This document shows positions 61,252 to 64,000 of a stretch of 64,000 bases of DNA, in pieces. Position numbers and translations under genes: made by a program. The stretch is taken from the sequence record OL960581. The stretch is one strand, 5' to 3'. The notes beneath the pieces were generated by a model. It was not told the origin of the DNA, ran no database searches, and worked only from the letters and a program-made list of their open reading frames with translations. The DNA comes from Escherichia phage vB_EcoM_SA20RB. The first letter of the stretch is position 1, and every line of letters starts with the position of its first letter.

Positions 61252-61613
61252 TACAAACTCTCAGTAAAGGTACGAGCGATAACGTCGCGCTGCTGTTCCG
61301 GAGTTAGAGAGTTAAAGCGAACTGCATAACCGGATACACGGATGGTCAGCTGCGGATATTTTTCCGGATGCTTAACTGCATCTTCCAGAGTTTCACGACG
61401 CAGAACGTTAACGTTCAGGTGTTGACCACCTTCAATTTTAACTGTAGGCTGTTGCTCAATTTCAATTTCACGGGCATGCAAACCATAGAAAATTTCTGGG
61501 TCTACAAAAGAGTCCTCTTTAAAGGTTTTAGAGACAATAATTCGTGCTTGAATACCATCTTCAAAATAAATAGTACCTTTATGTGTGCCTTCAAGAATTT
61601 GATATGCTTTCAT
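61251..61613 (-). CDS. vs.6: autonomous glycyl-radical cofactor (GrcA/YfiD-like)
   Basis: 120 aa ending ...[36 protein letters not shown], near-identical to the E. coli YfiD/PflB glycyl-radical C-terminus. Confidence 0.8.
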   Translation of the reverse strand: MKAYQILEGTHKGTIYFEDGIQARIIVSKTFKEDSFVDPEIFYGLHAREIEIEQQPTVKIEGGQHLNVNVLRRETLEDAVKHPEKYPQLTIRVSGYAVRFNSLTPEQQRDVIARTFTESL

Positions 61614-61620
61614 ATAAACC

Positions 61621-61848
61621 TCAATTAGAAAATAAATTTATCCAAGATTGTTCTTTAATTAAAAATGGCTCAGAATCATATGCCATTAAACTCTGTGTGA
61701 TTAGTCCTTTAAAAGGCCCATCAATAAATTCCATGGTAAAATATGGAATTTTATTCATTAGCCGTGCATTAGGAGCCGTGCACAAAACTCTGCATCCTTT
61801 GAATACGCCTTTTTGTAATTTGTATTGCTTAGGATAAAATTCGCTCAA
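61621..61848 (-). CDS. hypothetical small protein (vs.7 slot)
   Basis: 75-aa ORF. Confidence 0.45.
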   Translation of the reverse strand: MSEFYPKQYKLQKGVFKGCRVLCTAPNARLMNKIPYFTMEFIDGPFKGLITQSLMAYDSEPFLIKEQSWINLFSN

Positions 61849-61948
61849 AATGTTATTTTTTTTGCCAAAATTTCAAAATGATTCACCAATTTATTTTTAA
61901 TAGTTTTTGGTGAAAAATAAAGATATTCGAAAAGCTGAGTGTCTGTCA

Positions 61949-62491
61949 TCATTGCATTCCGATTACGAAAAACTGCGGACGAGTAATACCACCAATGCAG
62001 CATTTACTATTGCAGCAGTGTTGCACAGTTTCAATATGAATATCGTAAATTTTATCCATATCAGGAGATTTAACAGGCTCATCGATTATATACAAAATTC
62101 GAGAAAGCGATAAACCTCTGAACTTGCTACCTCTATTACCAACAAAACTACGGACAGAATCAGTAAATAAACGGAATCGAATATCATCGCTAGAATAACG
62201 AGAAAATTCTTTTTTAATGCGGCCCGCAGAAATTTTAGCGTAAGCTGAAGTATTAGAAAGAACAATAACTGTTCCACCATCATACAACCAATTAGCGGCA
62301 AAATTAGTTACTGCAGTTGATTTACCAGATTGTCTGCCACCATCTAAACGAAGTGTACAATATTCTTTAAATAAATGCGACGAATCAGGTACATAAAATC
62401 CACTATTACAAATTTCTTCTACTCTAGCATCAGAATGGTGTGTAAAAGCATTCATCAGGGATAGATAAGGACCAGTTAAAAATGTTCTCAT
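61949..62491 (-). CDS. P-loop NTPase (vs.8 slot)
   Basis: 180 aa; Walker A GGRQSGKST; Walker B ILYIIDEP. Confidence 0.55.
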   Translation of the reverse strand: MRTFLTGPYLSLMNAFTHHSDARVEEICNSGFYVPDSSHLFKEYCTLRLDGGRQSGKSTAVTNFAANWLYDGGTVIVLSNTSAYAKISAGRIKKEFSRYSSDDIRFRLFTDSVRSFVGNRGSKFRGLSLSRILYIIDEPVKSPDMDKIYDIHIETVQHCCNSKCCIGGITRPQFFVIGMQ

Positions 62492-62631
62492 TTCTTCTCT
62501 CTAAGTTTGGGCCATTCCATGGCGCATGAATTGTCCATTTCTGTATTTACCCATTACCGCACTTGGGCTCGACCTTATTACAGGTTGGCGGGAATCCCTC
62601 ACAGAATCATGAGGTCCAGGTTGTTCCCATA

Positions 62632-63105
62632 TTATTTGAACGATTTAACGTACTGAATAGAACCTTTACTATTCACGAAAGCGATTTTACCATTTTTATT
62701 ATACATGGTAGCAGTACGCTGATAGCCATAAGTTTGCTTACCAGATTGATAACCAACTAATGCAAAATTATCTTCACCCATTTTATTCTGTTTAGCACGA
62801 ATGCGTTCATGACCATGTGCCATAAGAACCTTAGCATCACCAGTTGCAATGGATCTACGAGTTTTTTCATCTTCAACTGTATTAACAAAGTCGTCAAATG
62901 AATCAAATTTAGCATGAGATTTATTATACAGTTTTCCATCTACTGCATAATTATATCCCTGTACATCCATCTCAACTTCTGTACCATCATCCAATACAGC
63001 AGTGATTTTCTGTCCTTTTTTAAATTTCAAAAGATCAGTAAAAGATTCAGCAATAATTTGAGAATTAATAGCTGCTTCAGTAATAAATTCTTGATATGTT
63101 TTCAT
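62632..63105 (-). CDS. internal head protein with capsid targeting sequence
   Basis: 157 aa starting MKTYQEFITEAAINSQIIAE (T4 CTS consensus MKTYQEFIAE with I-x-E protease sites); the ipII/ipIII slot next to e. Confidence 0.7.
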   Translation of the reverse strand: MKTYQEFITEAAINSQIIAESFTDLLKFKKGQKITAVLDDGTEVEMDVQGYNYAVDGKLYNKSHAKFDSFDDFVNTVEDEKTRRSIATGDAKVLMAHGHERIRAKQNKMGEDNFALVGYQSGKQTYGYQRTATMYNKNGKIAFVNSKGSIQYVKSFK

Positions 63106-63159
63106 GTGTTTCCTTTAAATATTTTAATTAGTAATCTATTTATTTAAGTAACTGTGAAT

Positions 63160-63189
63160 ATACTATCACAGTTTTAGGAGAAAGTAAAC
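63160..63189 (-). promoter_or_regulatory. early promoter embedded in a stem-loop, upstream of the internal protein gene
   Basis: GTTTAC, 18 nt, TAGTAT; 8-bp inverted repeat AACTGTGA/TCACAGTT around the -10. Confidence 0.6.
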
Positions 63190-63193
63190 AACT

Positions 63194-64000
<807 letters not shown>

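Noticed and set aside
62492-62631. Possible tRNA or tRNA-like gene in the GC-rich spacer
   Set aside because: I could not build a cloverleaf on either strand. There is no GTTCRAnYC T-loop and no acceptor/T-arm pairing, only short independent hairpins.

Overview
This window is the left-end 64 kb of a T-even (T4-type, Tequatrovirus-like) myovirus genome. Position 12 is the rIIA stop codon, as on the T4 map as I recall it. Almost everything is minus-strand; the exceptions are one candidate small ORF and one candidate promoter. Backbone genes recognised from protein sequence, length and order: rIIA, rIIA.1, an uninterrupted topoisomerase gene 39(+60), the goF/cef/motB region, dexA, dda, srd, modA, modB, the srh/mrh region, soc, 56, 61, the 61.x islet (sp, dmd), 41, 40, uvsX, a GT-A glycosyltransferase in the beta-gt slot, 42, imm, 43, regA, 62, 44, 45, rpbA, 46, 47, a GIY-YIG seg-like endonuclease, alpha-gt, 55, nrdH, nrdG, an HNH endonuclease, nrdD split by a group I intron carrying I-TevII, 49, nrdC, the nrdC.x accessory block, rI.-1, rI, tk, a macrodomain protein, vs, vs.1, regB, vs.3 to vs.8, an internal head protein, e, and the 3' part of nudE. 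Differences from T4 as I remember it: no gene 60 bypass or mobA, no segA or beta-gt, no denV, an RB69-type Soc and a non-T4 internal protein. The backbone is densely punctuated by T4 early promoters (GTTTAC...TATAAT-like), MotA-box middle promoters, TATAAATA late promoters and UUCG-tetraloop hairpin terminators. The best candidate for an undescribed system is the 46.2-53.8 kb accessory block. It holds four tandem diverged paralogs with coiled-coil tails, followed by an AAA ATPase and a nucleotidyltransferase, framed by repeated promoter cassettes. Other items worth a second look: an HNH gene that starts with a recoded copy of the nrdG 5' end, a Zn-ribbon ORF split at an A6 run, a plus-strand two-TM ORF tail-to-tail with primase, a plus-strand MotA-type promoter antisense to modA, a capsid-targeting-like peptide gene, a TARG1-like macrodomain, and a GC-rich spacer in the denV slot. 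Gene names come from memory of T4, with no database search. Coordinates I derived by hand (small ORFs, promoters, hairpins) may be off by 1-2 nt.
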